This document shows positions 35,001-45,944 of a stretch of 64,000 nucleotides of DNA, piece after piece. The position numbers and the translations under genes are program-made. Within the stretch, counting starts at the first letter, position 1; each line of letters starts with the position of its first letter. This DNA is from Piromyces finnis finn (taxonomy: Eukaryota; Fungi; Neocallimastigomycota). Where the stretch lies: positions 496,001 to 560,000 of the forward strand of contig MCFH01000016.1 in assembly GCA_002104945.1 (NCBI GenBank), given 5' to 3'. The notes under the pieces were generated by a model. That model saw only the letters and a program-made list of their open reading frames with translations, did no database searches and was not told the DNA's origin.

Positions 35001-36565
35001 CCTTGTATAATGAAATGGAATTTGGTATCCAGAAATGTTCAACGATGGTGATTCGTCCTGAATCAATAGAAAATCAGAACAAGAGAGATCCAACATTTTA
35101 CTTAGCAGGACAACCCATTCCAACTACTGACTGCTACACTTATCTTGGTGTTCCATTTGATAAGAATCTGTCCCTTAAACCAGTAATTAAAGCTCTTAAT
35201 AACAAGGTTTTGAAAGGGCTTTTCTCAGTCAGTAAATTCTTAAGAAATCCTAATATTCCTATTCCTTTCAAAAAACTAGTACTTAACTCTCAAGTGATTA
35301 GCAGAGTTTCATACTTTGCACCATTACTTGGATCCAACAAAGCTAGGTCTAGGATTGCTCAGAAGCATGTTAACAAAGGAATACGATGGGTTGCCGGAGT
35401 TCATAAAGCTGTATCGTTTATATCTTTATACTCTATTTCAAAAGATTTGAATATTCCTCCATTGTCAGCCAAATGTGCGTTAGCTCAGGTTAGATGTTTT
35501 AACAAATGGAAAAACTCAAATTGTATTATCTCACACCTTGTCAATTACATTCCTAAATTTAGAAAATACACGTGGTGCAAATCAAGTAGGACACTTGATA
35601 AAAAACTAAAGAAACATGGAGATGTTAAAGCAGTTAAAAACTTTTATTGGAAAGATCTCAAAGGGAATTCAATCAAAGCGCAATATTATGATGATAATAA
35701 ATTTATTGAAACTAAAGATTTTATTAAATTATGTTATGAATACCCAGAGTTTGCCTATGGCTTCTACTGGCTATTGAAAGCAAGAAGCGGATACAAGTTG
35801 GATGCTAGAGTTGCCAAAGCTGCTAAATTTGTTGATCCAATTTGTCCTAACTACTGTCCATGTTGCAAGTGTGGTGTTCAAAGTATTAAACATTGGTTAT
35901 TAGATTGTCCAACATTTAGAGATATCCGTATTAAACATTATGATTCCATAGTCCAGCTATTAAATTTTTTCAGTCAACGTAATTCCAATAGTCCTATCAA
36001 TAATAATGAAATTGATAATGTCAGTAGAGATAGCAATAACAGTAATAGTAATAGTAACAATAATAATAATAACAATAGTAATAATAACAATAGTAGTAAT
36101 AGTAATAATAGAAATAGTAATAATAACAATAGTAGTAATAGAAATAATAATATTAATAATGATAGCAATAGTGAAGATAATAATTCTAATTTAGATAGTA
36201 ATTTAGTTAATGATAGTAATAGTTCTAATAATCCGGTGAATATTAATGTGTATGATTATTCTAGTGTGTGCAGTAAAATATTTAAATTCCTTCTTGGGGG
36301 AAGAAGTTTTAACAATATTAATTACAATTCAAGGGAATGGAAAGAACTTTGTAAGCGTCAGATTCAATCTGGTACTAATGAAGGAGCACCATTCTTGACG
36401 GTAACCGCGGAACTTCTAACCAAAATCATGCCTTTTGCTATTGGCCAGCAATGGTCAATGTTCAAAAGGTTTGAAGCAACATCCAAGAGCGTCAATGCTG
36501 AAGAAACAGTAAGACAGGCCAGGAGGGCCAGCGCAACCAATGGAGATCATAATTTTGTCCCATGA
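32015..36565 (+). CDS. LINE polyprotein: N-terminal RRM-like region, Q/S/N linker, APE endonuclease, reverse transcriptase, CCHC knuckle
   Basis: APE motifs SWNTNG, FQET, NVYMP, GDFN, IDH, SDH. RT motifs GPDGIP, YRGISL, QFGFR, FLDLRKAYD, GVRQGCPLSP, LFADD, YLG. C-terminal CPCCKC...HWLLDC. Confidence 0.97.
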   Translation: MSVLYIKDKNYIRRGTRSYGIPLDDIRSFFIRGIRSWSVNMLWEKLEVILEDKFNSVISVKYFQTFNDHFFLVKVHGSSKDCIKILHMLKKKLSVTSISFSARSRRNHKYTFSTLKRKILVSNKYQHSIQQSFQQSVQQSVQQSHQQSDLQQDLQQDLQQVSHHENIPDLQQTQFQSQHSTINSNSSINSDNSSIVDSSSVSQPSSNSSTYSSDASSINNDDFNNNNNSNDSSSYNKPDNFSFCLSWNTNGWNHEKRDSISYFTAIFKPLFLCFQETGNGSRLNTDYPCRVTLRNYRHFFKKADESVPGMRGLYLGFHNSCQASLENFSGKYIISIYTFSLWNRFKCSIGNVYMPHSHHNIYVDHAKLEVRLWLQTHSSHPSILVGDFNMSKVKLSNWLSTNGLGDWEILPLRGSTISWTRGDQSSDIDHALINSKMKDLIHSGSFINNFYPVSDHKPLLINGKIIPMDDFSNDFNVPKKILKWNRLKCIEEKESILSHNKFQILSAKSSDPNVSTDELSKEFTSTAFSIADELSITSANNVIKSSFHISQQIFNLQKIKMKLYKRFKKERIYDIDEFIKRIKIYRKLIDYIHKRCNEFRKQEYLHWIKTGCEYMKSHNPKKAWKWIKKTAKIGKDSFFIAQPIKNKNGELVVATEEQLDVWHDHFEKLASDPSGVSLDLEHWYEEPTNKRFSLPMLDEWDINQDISIDEVKSAILTTPNYKASGPDGIPIEFYKALVPSSNDSNNATDNNSSGNTTSDNDAHGLNFILKLFNRIWDGDFPNSWNESSIVSIPKKGDLTDCDNYRGISLINNGIKLISKIVTTRISEYGLKNNFIRPEQFGFRKKEESISLFISIQEICRRRQLDNKETYLAFLDLRKAYDSVPIGNILHKLDCLGIRGKSLQFIKNLYLTSKANVKLDGQFSKSFDVKKGVRQGCPLSPILFNLFINDIFKECEDLGVSLGDTRCCGGLFADDIVICAPTRGCLKKMLRRVNEWALYNEMEFGIQKCSTMVIRPESIENQNKRDPTFYLAGQPIPTTDCYTYLGVPFDKNLSLKPVIKALNNKVLKGLFSVSKFLRNPNIPIPFKKLVLNSQVISRVSYFAPLLGSNKARSRIAQKHVNKGIRWVAGVHKAVSFISLYSISKDLNIPPLSAKCALAQVRCFNKWKNSNCIISHLVNYIPKFRKYTWCKSSRTLDKKLKKHGDVKAVKNFYWKDLKGNSIKAQYYDDNKFIETKDFIKLCYEYPEFAYGFYWLLKARSGYKLDARVAKAAKFVDPICPNYCPCCKCGVQSIKHWLLDCPTFRDIRIKHYDSIVQLLNFFSQRNSNSPINNNEIDNVSRDSNNSNSNSNNNNNNNSNNNNSSNSNNRNSNNNNSSNRNNNINNDSNSEDNNSNLDSNLVNDSNSSNNPVNINVYDYSSVCSKIFKFLLGGRSFNNINYNSREWKELCKRQIQSGTNEGAPFLTVTAELLTKIMPFAIGQQWSMFKRFEATSKSVNAEETVRQARRASATNGDHNFVP

Positions 36566-36801
36566 TAAAATTTTGATCTTTGGCTCGGTGTCCCATTGGA
36601 AGTCAAATACAATTATTATACTTTAGTATGATAGTGGCTTTCTTACTTTAATTAAAATTACTAGAATACATTATACCCAGTTTTTATTCATTTGTGTTTA
36701 TTTAAACATATTTTTTTTATTTTTATTTTTATTTTTAATTTTTTATTACATGTATTATAATTTTAATTAAATTAATAATAAAGTTTAAAATATTTGATGC
36801 C

Positions 36802-36838
<37 letters not shown>

Positions 36839-37827
36839 TTTAGAATATTAATATAAAAATTTTTTATTCATTCATTTTTAAGTTTATAATTATTAATTTC
36901 TTTCTGAATTTATGTATTAAAAATTTTATAAAATAAAGATTGAAAATGTTTACTTCTTTAAAGAATTCAGTACTTTTGAATAATCTATTTTTAATAAATG
37001 TATATGTAACTTTTATCAAAAGAAAAGTAATTTAGGTTATTAAAATAGTGATTTTATTTAAAATATTGATACTAATTTTGTCTCCAAATAAAAATCAATT
37101 TCAATTTATATGATGATAACACTATTTTTAATATATTTACTATTATTAAAAATAAAAATAAAAAAAATTAAAGTATTAACAACAATACTATAAAGAAAAG
37201 TATTTATTATTAATTGGAATTTTTTCATAATATTTTATTTTATAAAGTAGCATTTTTAATTAATCCTTAAAAATAATGAACTAAATTTCACAGAATTAAC
37301 TACGAAAAAAAAAGATGAATAAAAATATTAGTGTATTTTAATTTAAATTATTAAATACATATTTGTCTATCAATTAAATTTCAATTTAATATAAATAATT
37401 AAATTTTTTGTTTTTTGTTATTTTTTTTTTTAGTTTGTTTATTTTAAACTAATAATTTATTACTAACAAATTAAAGTTTATGAAATTGACCATGAAAAAT
37501 TTTTTAACCTACGAATAAAAATATTAAAGTCATAAATACAGTATATATTCATTTAATATTATTATTTGATATTTACGTTTTACAATTTTATATTTTATTA
37601 TTTATATCTCATTTTCTTTATTTATGTATATAAAATTTTTTATGAACCTTAAATATATAGTGTTATTTTCTTTACTATATAAAAATATTATCTTAACATT
37701 TAAATTATATTTAAATATATAAAATTTTTAAATTGTTTTATGAAAGATATTTAATTTATCATATTATAATTAAATTTTATAAATTTTATTATTTATGTAT
37801 AAATATATAATAATAAAGTTAATAGAT

Positions 37828-38673
37828 TTATTGTTCTAAAAATTCTTTAACAACTTCTTTACATGGTGATGATTTATATAACTTTTCTAATTCTTCTTTA
37901 GCCAAATTAATTAAAGATTGAATTGTTTCATTACTAGTTAATTTATCTTCTGGTTTAGATTTCAATAAATATTGATTTGAATATAAAATACCGTATAATG
38001 CTCTAACATTATCCTTACATAAATCTAGAGCTTTACAATAATATTTACTAGCCATTTGATATTTTCCAAGACATAACATAATATCGGCATAACGAAGGTA
38101 GTATAAATGATTTCTTGGATCAATAAGAATAACTTCTTCAATACAATAAGCAGCTTGTTGGCATTGGTTATCTAGAAGGTAAAGATCTGCAAGTTGTAAC
38201 CAAGCATCTTCATCTCCAGAAACAAAGATTTCTAAATATTTATTTAATAACTTGATAGCTTCATCGCGGTTTCCATTAGCAATATTAACAGCAATTAAAC
38301 GCTTGTGAACTGCTTCATTTAATTCATCCTTCTTGAGAGTTTCGTTATATATATCAATAGCTTTTTCATAGTTACCTTTGGTTTCTTCAATCATACCATT
38401 AAGTTTTTGAAGACGAGATGAATATCCATTATCAATTTTTTTAGTAATGATGGATAAATATTTTTCAGCTTTTAGAACATCATTAATGTCCAAATATGCA
38501 ATAATCAATTGTTCTAAAATTTCATATTTTTCTACTGAATCAAGAGATGAAAATTTATTATCAATTAATGGTTTAGCTAATTCAATGACATCCATTGGGT
38601 TTGGAATAACATTTTTTTCTCTATATTGAGCTAATACATCAATTGCTTGAATTTTACTAATATATTTAACCAT
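37828..38673 (-). CDS. EMC2: ER membrane protein complex subunit 2 (EMC2/TTC35), TPR protein, 281 aa
   Basis: Motifs EQLIIAYLD, SSRLQKLNGMIEETKGNYEKA, KRLIAV, LNKYLEIFVSGDEDAWLQLADLY, AAYCIEEVIL, ASKYYCKALDL, RALYGI. Confidence 0.9.
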   Translation of the reverse strand: MVKYISKIQAIDVLAQYREKNVIPNPMDVIELAKPLIDNKFSSLDSVEKYEILEQLIIAYLDINDVLKAEKYLSIITKKIDNGYSSRLQKLNGMIEETKGNYEKAIDIYNETLKKDELNEAVHKRLIAVNIANGNRDEAIKLLNKYLEIFVSGDEDAWLQLADLYLLDNQCQQAAYCIEEVILIDPRNHLYYLRYADIMLCLGKYQMASKYYCKALDLCKDNVRALYGILYSNQYLLKSKPEDKLTSNETIQSLINLAKEELEKLYKSSPCKEVVKEFLEQ

Positions 38674-39159
38674 TTTTATTTTTATTATTATTTTGCTTGT
38701 TTGTTTGTTTTTACTGTTTTTGTTTATAGTATAATTAATATAGAATGGTTTTTTTATGATAGAATTATTATTTTATATTGTATCAATTAATTATTTATAT
38801 TATTGAGGTTGTTAAATTATTATAAAATTATATCAATATAATAATGTTAATTGATTTATTGTTTATTGTAAACACCATTATAATCATTATAATGAATATT
38901 ATATTATAATGCAATAAATATTAATTATAAAATAGCATTTTGAAATACATAATTATTTACAGCAAAAGATATAAATGTGTTATCAGTTATATTCAATATT
39001 TATGATTTTGTTGTTAATATTGGAATCGATAAAATATATATATATAATTTATTATGTTAATATCATTTAATAAAAAAATATAAATTTAAAATATAATATA
39101 TAAATTAGTAAAATTATTAATGTTGATACCAATTTAAAATAGAAAAAATAAACATGTAC

Positions 39160-39194
<35 letters not shown>

Positions 39195-39451
39195 CTCATA
39201 TCAATGTTATTGATTAAATTCTTAGATTGAATATCACAAATCATTTTAAAATATTAACTCTAATTATTTATGAGGATTCTATTGTATTTTAATAAATATA
39301 GGTATATAGTAATTCAATCTTTTTAAGCTTTTTTTTTTTATTTTATTTTATTTTGTTTGTTTGTTTGTTTGTTTGTTATTGTTATAATTAAAAATAAATA
39401 TTAAAATCAAATCATCAATATAAGATGTATCATCACTTTAAAAATTATTAC

Positions 39452-39489
<38 letters not shown>

Positions 39490-41081
39490 ATTCATTATTT
39501 ACTAATTTATGTAAGCTAAATAAACAAACCAATATATATTATATATATTATTGTTATATATAAAATATTCAATGAATTATTATCAAAATATAAATTGATT
39601 TATTATTATTGTTATATTCAATAATTTAATAATTATATATTTTATCTTAATTACTATTATAGTAAATACATGTTTAATTTTCTCAATAGTTTAAATAAAA
39701 TAAGATATTTGATATATTTAATAATGAAACTTACATTTACCTGATATTTTAAAATAAAAAAAAAAATACTATTATTATTATTATTATTCAATATCTTTAA
39801 TACTGATTTATCTTAGTGTTAATATTTGATTTATTTAATTTATGTTGTTAATAATTATTTTATAATAAATCACTTTTTGTGATTATTGTTGTTATTATTT
39901 CTTTATCCTATTTTAATTTCTGATGTATAATTTATTTTATTTTTGATGTATCCACTTTACATCTATTTAAATTTGTAAAGGATAATCTTTGATTTAATTA
40001 TACTTATTAAATTTTTTATATATTTCTTCTAAAAAAAAATTTTTTTTAAATATTTAATATTTTTTTTTTTTTCTTTTAAATTCTTTATATTGCTGTTATA
40101 TAGTAAAAATTTATAAAAATAGCTTATTAAATTTTGTTTATACTTTTTAAATATTTTATGGATTAGAATAAATTTTGTTTATCCTTTAAGAAATTTTATA
40201 AAGATTAGAATAACATAAAATTTTTATTATTATAATTAAGATTTATGGTAGTTTTTTAAAATGGAAACAACTATAACTTTTAAGTACAGTAGCTTTTTTT
40301 TTTATATCAATTATTTGTATATTATACTTTTAATATACATAATTTCTTTTCTATTGAAAGTTTATTTCTTCTTTAATACAATATTTTTATTATAAAAGAA
40401 AAAAAACACTCCGTTTTTAAAGTTAAAAAGTTCGAAATAAAATTTATATATAATATACTTAATGATATTGTAGTTAATCTATGAATAATTTTTATTTCAA
40501 TTGCAATTAAAAAGAAAATAAAACTAATAGTTTTAATTATTATTTTTTATAAAATAATAAAATAAAACAAACAAAAAAAACTTTCTTTTATTTTAGGAAA
40601 AGCTTTTCATTTTTATCAAAAGGTTAAAGTTTTTTATTTTTATATATATAAGGGTTAAGTGAATCAATTTATTGGTAACACAATTTTAATTCAAAAATGA
40701 ATTAAAAATCTTGTATAAAAAATTAAAGTTATTAATTTTAATACTATTAAAATTAAATTGATGTAAATTAATACAAATAATTAGGTTAAATCCAATCACA
40801 TTATGCCACTCTTTTAATTAAAAATTATTGTTATATTAGGTAAACTTAGAATTAATTTTTTAATTTTTCAACTTTTCTTAATAGTAAAATAATTAAGGTA
40901 AATTAATAAAACACATAATTATAAGATATATGGAACAAAATTTTAATAAGTAGTAATTAGAAAAAAAAGAAATAACAGCAATTTGTTTTTTATATTGGCT
41001 AATAAATAACTATATCTTAAATATATTAATATACTTTCAATATATATAAATTAATATAAATATTTATTTTTGTATAAAAAG

Positions 41082-41947
41082 ATGAATTTCAAATCAATTA
41101 TCTTTTTAGCTATTGTAGCTTTAGCTGCTTTAGCTTCAGCCTCTTCTAGCCCAAAGATCACTAACAAGGTTTACTTTGATATGAAACAAGGTGAAAAGGA
41201 TCTTGGTAGAATTGTTTTAGGTTTATACGGTGATGTCGTTCCAAAGACCGTTGAAAATTTCCGTGCTTTAGCTACTGGAGAAGTAAATATAAATAAATTA
41301 ACTAAATAAAATAATAAAAAAAAAGAAAATAGATTTTAATCAACATATTATATCTTATGGTAAATAGAAAGGTTTTGGTTACAAGGGTTCTAAATTCCAC
41401 CGTGTTATTAAGGATTTCATGATTCAAGGTGGTGATTTCACTCGTGGTGATGGTACTGGTGGTAAGTCTATTTATGGTGAAAGATTTGCTGATGAAAACT
41501 TCAAGCTTAGACACACTGGTCCAGGTATTCTCTCTATGGCTAATGCTGGTCGTGATACTAATGGTAGTCAAGTAAGTATAAAATGATTGAAAATAATAAT
41601 TCAAGAATGTAAAAATGATAAATTTATTAAGAAAATGTAATTATAAATTAAATTATAAAATTAGTTCTTCATTACTACTGTTACCACTTCTTGGTTAGAT
41701 GGTCGTCATGTTGGTAAGTTATTATAATAAGAGAGAATAATTATATGTAAAATATAATATGAAAAATAATAAATAATAATATTGTGATTTTCAATATTTA
41801 GTTTTCGGTAAGGTTATTGAAGGTATGGATGTTGTTACTGCTATTGAAACTACCAGAACTCTTCCAGGTGACAGACCAGCTGTTCCAGTTATTGTTGCTG
41901 ACTGTGGTGAACTTCCAGTTGAAAACAATGCTAAGGCTGAATTATAA
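41082..41947 (+). CDS. PPIB: ER cyclophilin (cyclophilin B/Cpr5-like peptidyl-prolyl isomerase), 4 exons
   Basis: Signal peptide, then KITNKVYFD...[14 protein letters not shown]|[24 protein letters not shown]...[13 protein letters not shown]|FFITT..WLDGRHV|VFGKV, ending KAEL*. Confidence 0.93.
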
Positions 41948-42122
41948 GCAAGTTATAAAAAATTATTTAAAAAAGCAAAATAAAAACATAAAAATATGTA
42001 AATGTACAAATAATTGTATATAATAATAATAAAAAATATTACAAAAATACAAAAAAATATATATATATGTTATTTATTTATTTTTTTTTTTTTAATATTA
42101 GTTTATAATCATTTTATTATTT

Positions 42123-42155
<33 letters not shown>

Positions 42156-42395
42156 GAAAACAAATATATTATATAATTTAATTATAACTGAAAAAAGTAA
42201 TGTTTTTAAAGATAAAAAGTTTTTTAAACAATATATTAATTAGAAAGGTATTATTATGAGATTATTATTATAATTGTAATAATTTTTTTTTTTTTTTATT
42301 TTTATTTTTTGTTTTTTTTTTTATTATTGATAGCATAAATTCGATATGTACAATTATTACATATATTTATTAATTAGAATAAGGTAAACATATAT

Positions 42396-45303
42396 TTAAA
42401 GTAATACTTTTTGAATAATACCTTCGCTAGTTCCAATTAATGCATATTCTAACTCTCTATCAAACGCGATACTTGTAATACCAAAATTAAACATTCGGAT
42501 TTGTCTTTCGAATTTACCTGTTGCTGTAGAATAGATTAATAAACTATTGTCAGAACATCCAAGTCCAAACATTAACCCATCTTCGGTAAACTTAATAGTA
42601 GTAGCCCATATAGGAGTTAATGAAATATTATGTATTAAAGCTCCTGTAACATAATTCTGAACTTTTACGGTCATATCACTAGAACTAGAAATCATAATGT
42701 CATTAGGAGCAACATCTATATCTAAAATATAATCAGTATGATAATCAATACAACGGTGATAAGTAGGATTTAAATTCTTAGTATTTACTAAAAATTTAAT
42801 ATCCCAAACATAAATTTTTTTATCTAATCCACCTGAAATAATATATTTTCCATCTAATGATACTTTTATAATTTTAACCCATCTTGTGTGTTTATTAATG
42901 GTAACAATATTATTTCCTGTACCAAATTCCCATACTCTGATAGAACAATCAACTCCACCGGAAATAATATAACGTGAATTAGGTGTTACATCACAGGTAA
43001 TGATAGAATCAGTATGCCCTGTAAGGGTTTTTTCACATTTTGCTGTTTTAGCATTCCATATTTTTATAGATTGATCAAAGGAACATGATATAATATTGGA
43101 ATCTTCTTTTATAAAATGAGCTGCGGTAATAATTGAACGATGTCCAGCATATTGCGACAAAAGTTTTCTTTTTTTCATATCGTAAATTTTTATTGTACCA
43201 TCATAACCAGCTGTTAACCAAAGATTTTTATCAAAACTAGATGGTTCTAAAGATTTAACACCACCAGGGTGAGCATCCATAAATATAGGTAAAATTTGAA
43301 TATCTAAACATGTACAAATATAATGGAAAAGTTGAAATTTATGATGTATTTTTTGGATTTTAAAAGATGATTGAACTCTTTTTTTTTCTACACCATTATT
43401 ATTATGATTATGGATAATTTCTTTTAAATATTCTGATAATTTTGTCATATCACGAAGGCCTACTAAACTTAATCTTTGCAATGGTATTTCTAAATGTAAA
43501 ATATCCCACAAATTTTTTAAAGTATTAGTGATGAAATCTTTAGCAATCTCATTTGCTTGAATGATATATTTTTGCAAAATAACTTTTTTTTCCAAAATTG
43601 AAGCAAATGATAGAATAACTAAAATATTAGTAATACACATTAATGTATAATCCATGGAATGATCAATTTCTATTAACATATAATCAACATCTTCTTCTAT
43701 AATTTTTTTTTTATTTTCTTCATTTATTACTTGCTTTGATGAATCAATTTTTGTCGACATATTTAACTGTAAACTCTTACTTAATTTCCTTACCGTTGCT
43801 TGTTCAAAATTATTAAATTTTGATAGTGAATTTGAGATACTCTTTCCTAATTTTTCTATTGAATTTTGTTCTCTATTATTTTTGATATTATTATTTATTG
43901 TAATATATCAAATTATCAGAAAATAAATAGTTATTATATAAAAATTGATGTAATCAAAATATTATTTATGTTATTTATAAAAGGTATACATACTCTACTT
44001 TTGCTTTTTCATTTTCATTATTTTTATTTGGATCATTATTTTTTTTTTCTTGCTCAGAAATATATTTTAAATTTTTCTTAGTTAATTCATTTTTAATTTC
44101 TTCAGTATCAGGTTCAAATTCATTAACGGTTTTTGGCATAACTTCAGCTTTAATTGAATTTGGAATATCTTTATTAGAATTTTCAAACGGATCTTCTATT
44201 AATTTTTCTTTTTCTGTTATAGGCTCGTTTACATCTTCTGTGGATTTTAAGAATGTCATACGACTACTTAACATATTTTTTTTTTTTAAGATTCTAACAT
44301 CTTTTGATCCTTTATTTGTAGATTTATGAGCAGGATTTTTTGATGGTGTATTTACTCTTTCACTTTTCATTGATGACATACTTGTTGATAGTGACTGAAT
44401 ACTGGAATTTCCCCTTTTTTGATTTACTAGTGGATTTTTAGTATCAATTTTGGATTTTACTTTACTTAATCTTAATTTTAATGACATCATTCCACTATTA
44501 CTATGTGAATTATTTTTTTCTTCTTTTATGGTAGATGCACCTCTAACCGTTATTCCTTTTGATTTAAAACTATTTAAATATTGTTCTACTCCAATATCAT
44601 TATTACCTTCCTTTTCACTTTCTATTTTTTGTATATTTTCTATATTATTTGCCCATATTTCATCTACATCTTTATTGCCAATATCATCTCTACTTTCTAT
44701 ATTTGACATATCTGATAATGCTATACCTGTACCAATAATAGGCATTTTTTCATCTATATTAATGTAAGCACGTTTAAGAGAACGACTACTAATACGTAAA
44801 AGAGTTATATAATTTTGCATCATTCTCTCACATTCTTGTAATTCACTTTCTTTTTTAATATCTATATTTCGAGGTACACGTTTCATTTGAAAATCTTCAT
44901 CATTTAAACTTGTATTTGCTTCTGTTAAAAATTCATTATTATCAGACACACTCCATCCATAAAACCAATCACAAAACTTAAAAAAAAATATAATTATTGT
45001 TATATAGTTATATAAGTGTATTAATTTTATATATATATTTTTTTAATAATAGTACAATATAAAAAAGTAATTTATATTATAAATGCTGTAATAATTATTT
45101 AAAAAATATCTATTCCTATTTACTTGATAATATGCTGAACGAAAATCAGCAGAATCTATTTTTTTAATATGGATATTTTGCATAGATACATTTAAAGAAA
45201 CAGATTTATGTGGATCAAAATTTTTAAAAAAATGCTTTAAAAAATCAACGTCCATCTGAGTAGACAAATGGTTTAATTCAAATAAAACTTTTATACATTC
45301 CAT
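42396..45303 (-). CDS. WD40-repeat protein with long N-terminal extension; 3 exons joining ORFs 45043-45303, 43975-44949 and 42396-43760
   Basis: In-phase GT-AG joins found by eye (CAA|gtaaat...aag|TTTTGT; GA|gtatgt...tag|AGAAC). About 7 GH-x-WD repeats in the last 300 aa. Confidence 0.75.
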
Positions 45304-45516
45304 TTTTTATTTTATGTTTTATTTTTTTGCTTTATTTATTATATAAAAACTAGTCAATTTTTTTTTGGTTATATATTTTGATTTAACATTTTATTTTTTT
45401 GTGTAATAATTTATTTTTAAAAATGAATAAATGCAAATGCTTAAATATATATATTTCATTTTAATTAGTGATAAATATTATTTAAAGTTTAAAAACAGAT
45501 GCATAAACCATTAATT

Positions 45517-45552
<36 letters not shown>

Positions 45553-45643
45553 CTAAATATTAATTTTAAACTTTAATATTTAACTAAAAAAAAAAAAAAA
45601 AAGGTTAACAAATATTTATATTTATATAAATAACAATGAATTA

Positions 45644-45681
<38 letters not shown>

Positions 45682-45837
45682 TAGGTGTTAACAGCATATG
45701 TTTATTATAAAAATTATAAAATCATTAGCAAACAAATATTATAAAACAAAATGTTATAAAAAAATTATTGTAAGAAATTTTATTTATATTTGCTTTATTT
45801 ATTTTTATTGATCATCCTTCTTATTATTGTTAATTTA

Positions 45838-45894
<57 letters not shown>

Positions 45895-45944
45895 TTTTTT
45901 TTATTTTTTTTTTTGATAATTACTTTTAAATAATCATTAAATTA

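Larger units (their letters stand above)
31123..36835 (+). mobile_element. Full-length, apparently intact single-ORF non-LTR retrotransposon (family B, L1/Tx1-like features)
   Basis: 15-bp TSD acttttagaatatta at 31108-31122 and 36836-36850. ~890-nt leader, 1516-aa ORF, ~240-nt 3'UTR, AATAAA at 36777 and A-tail at 36805-36836. Confidence 0.96.
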
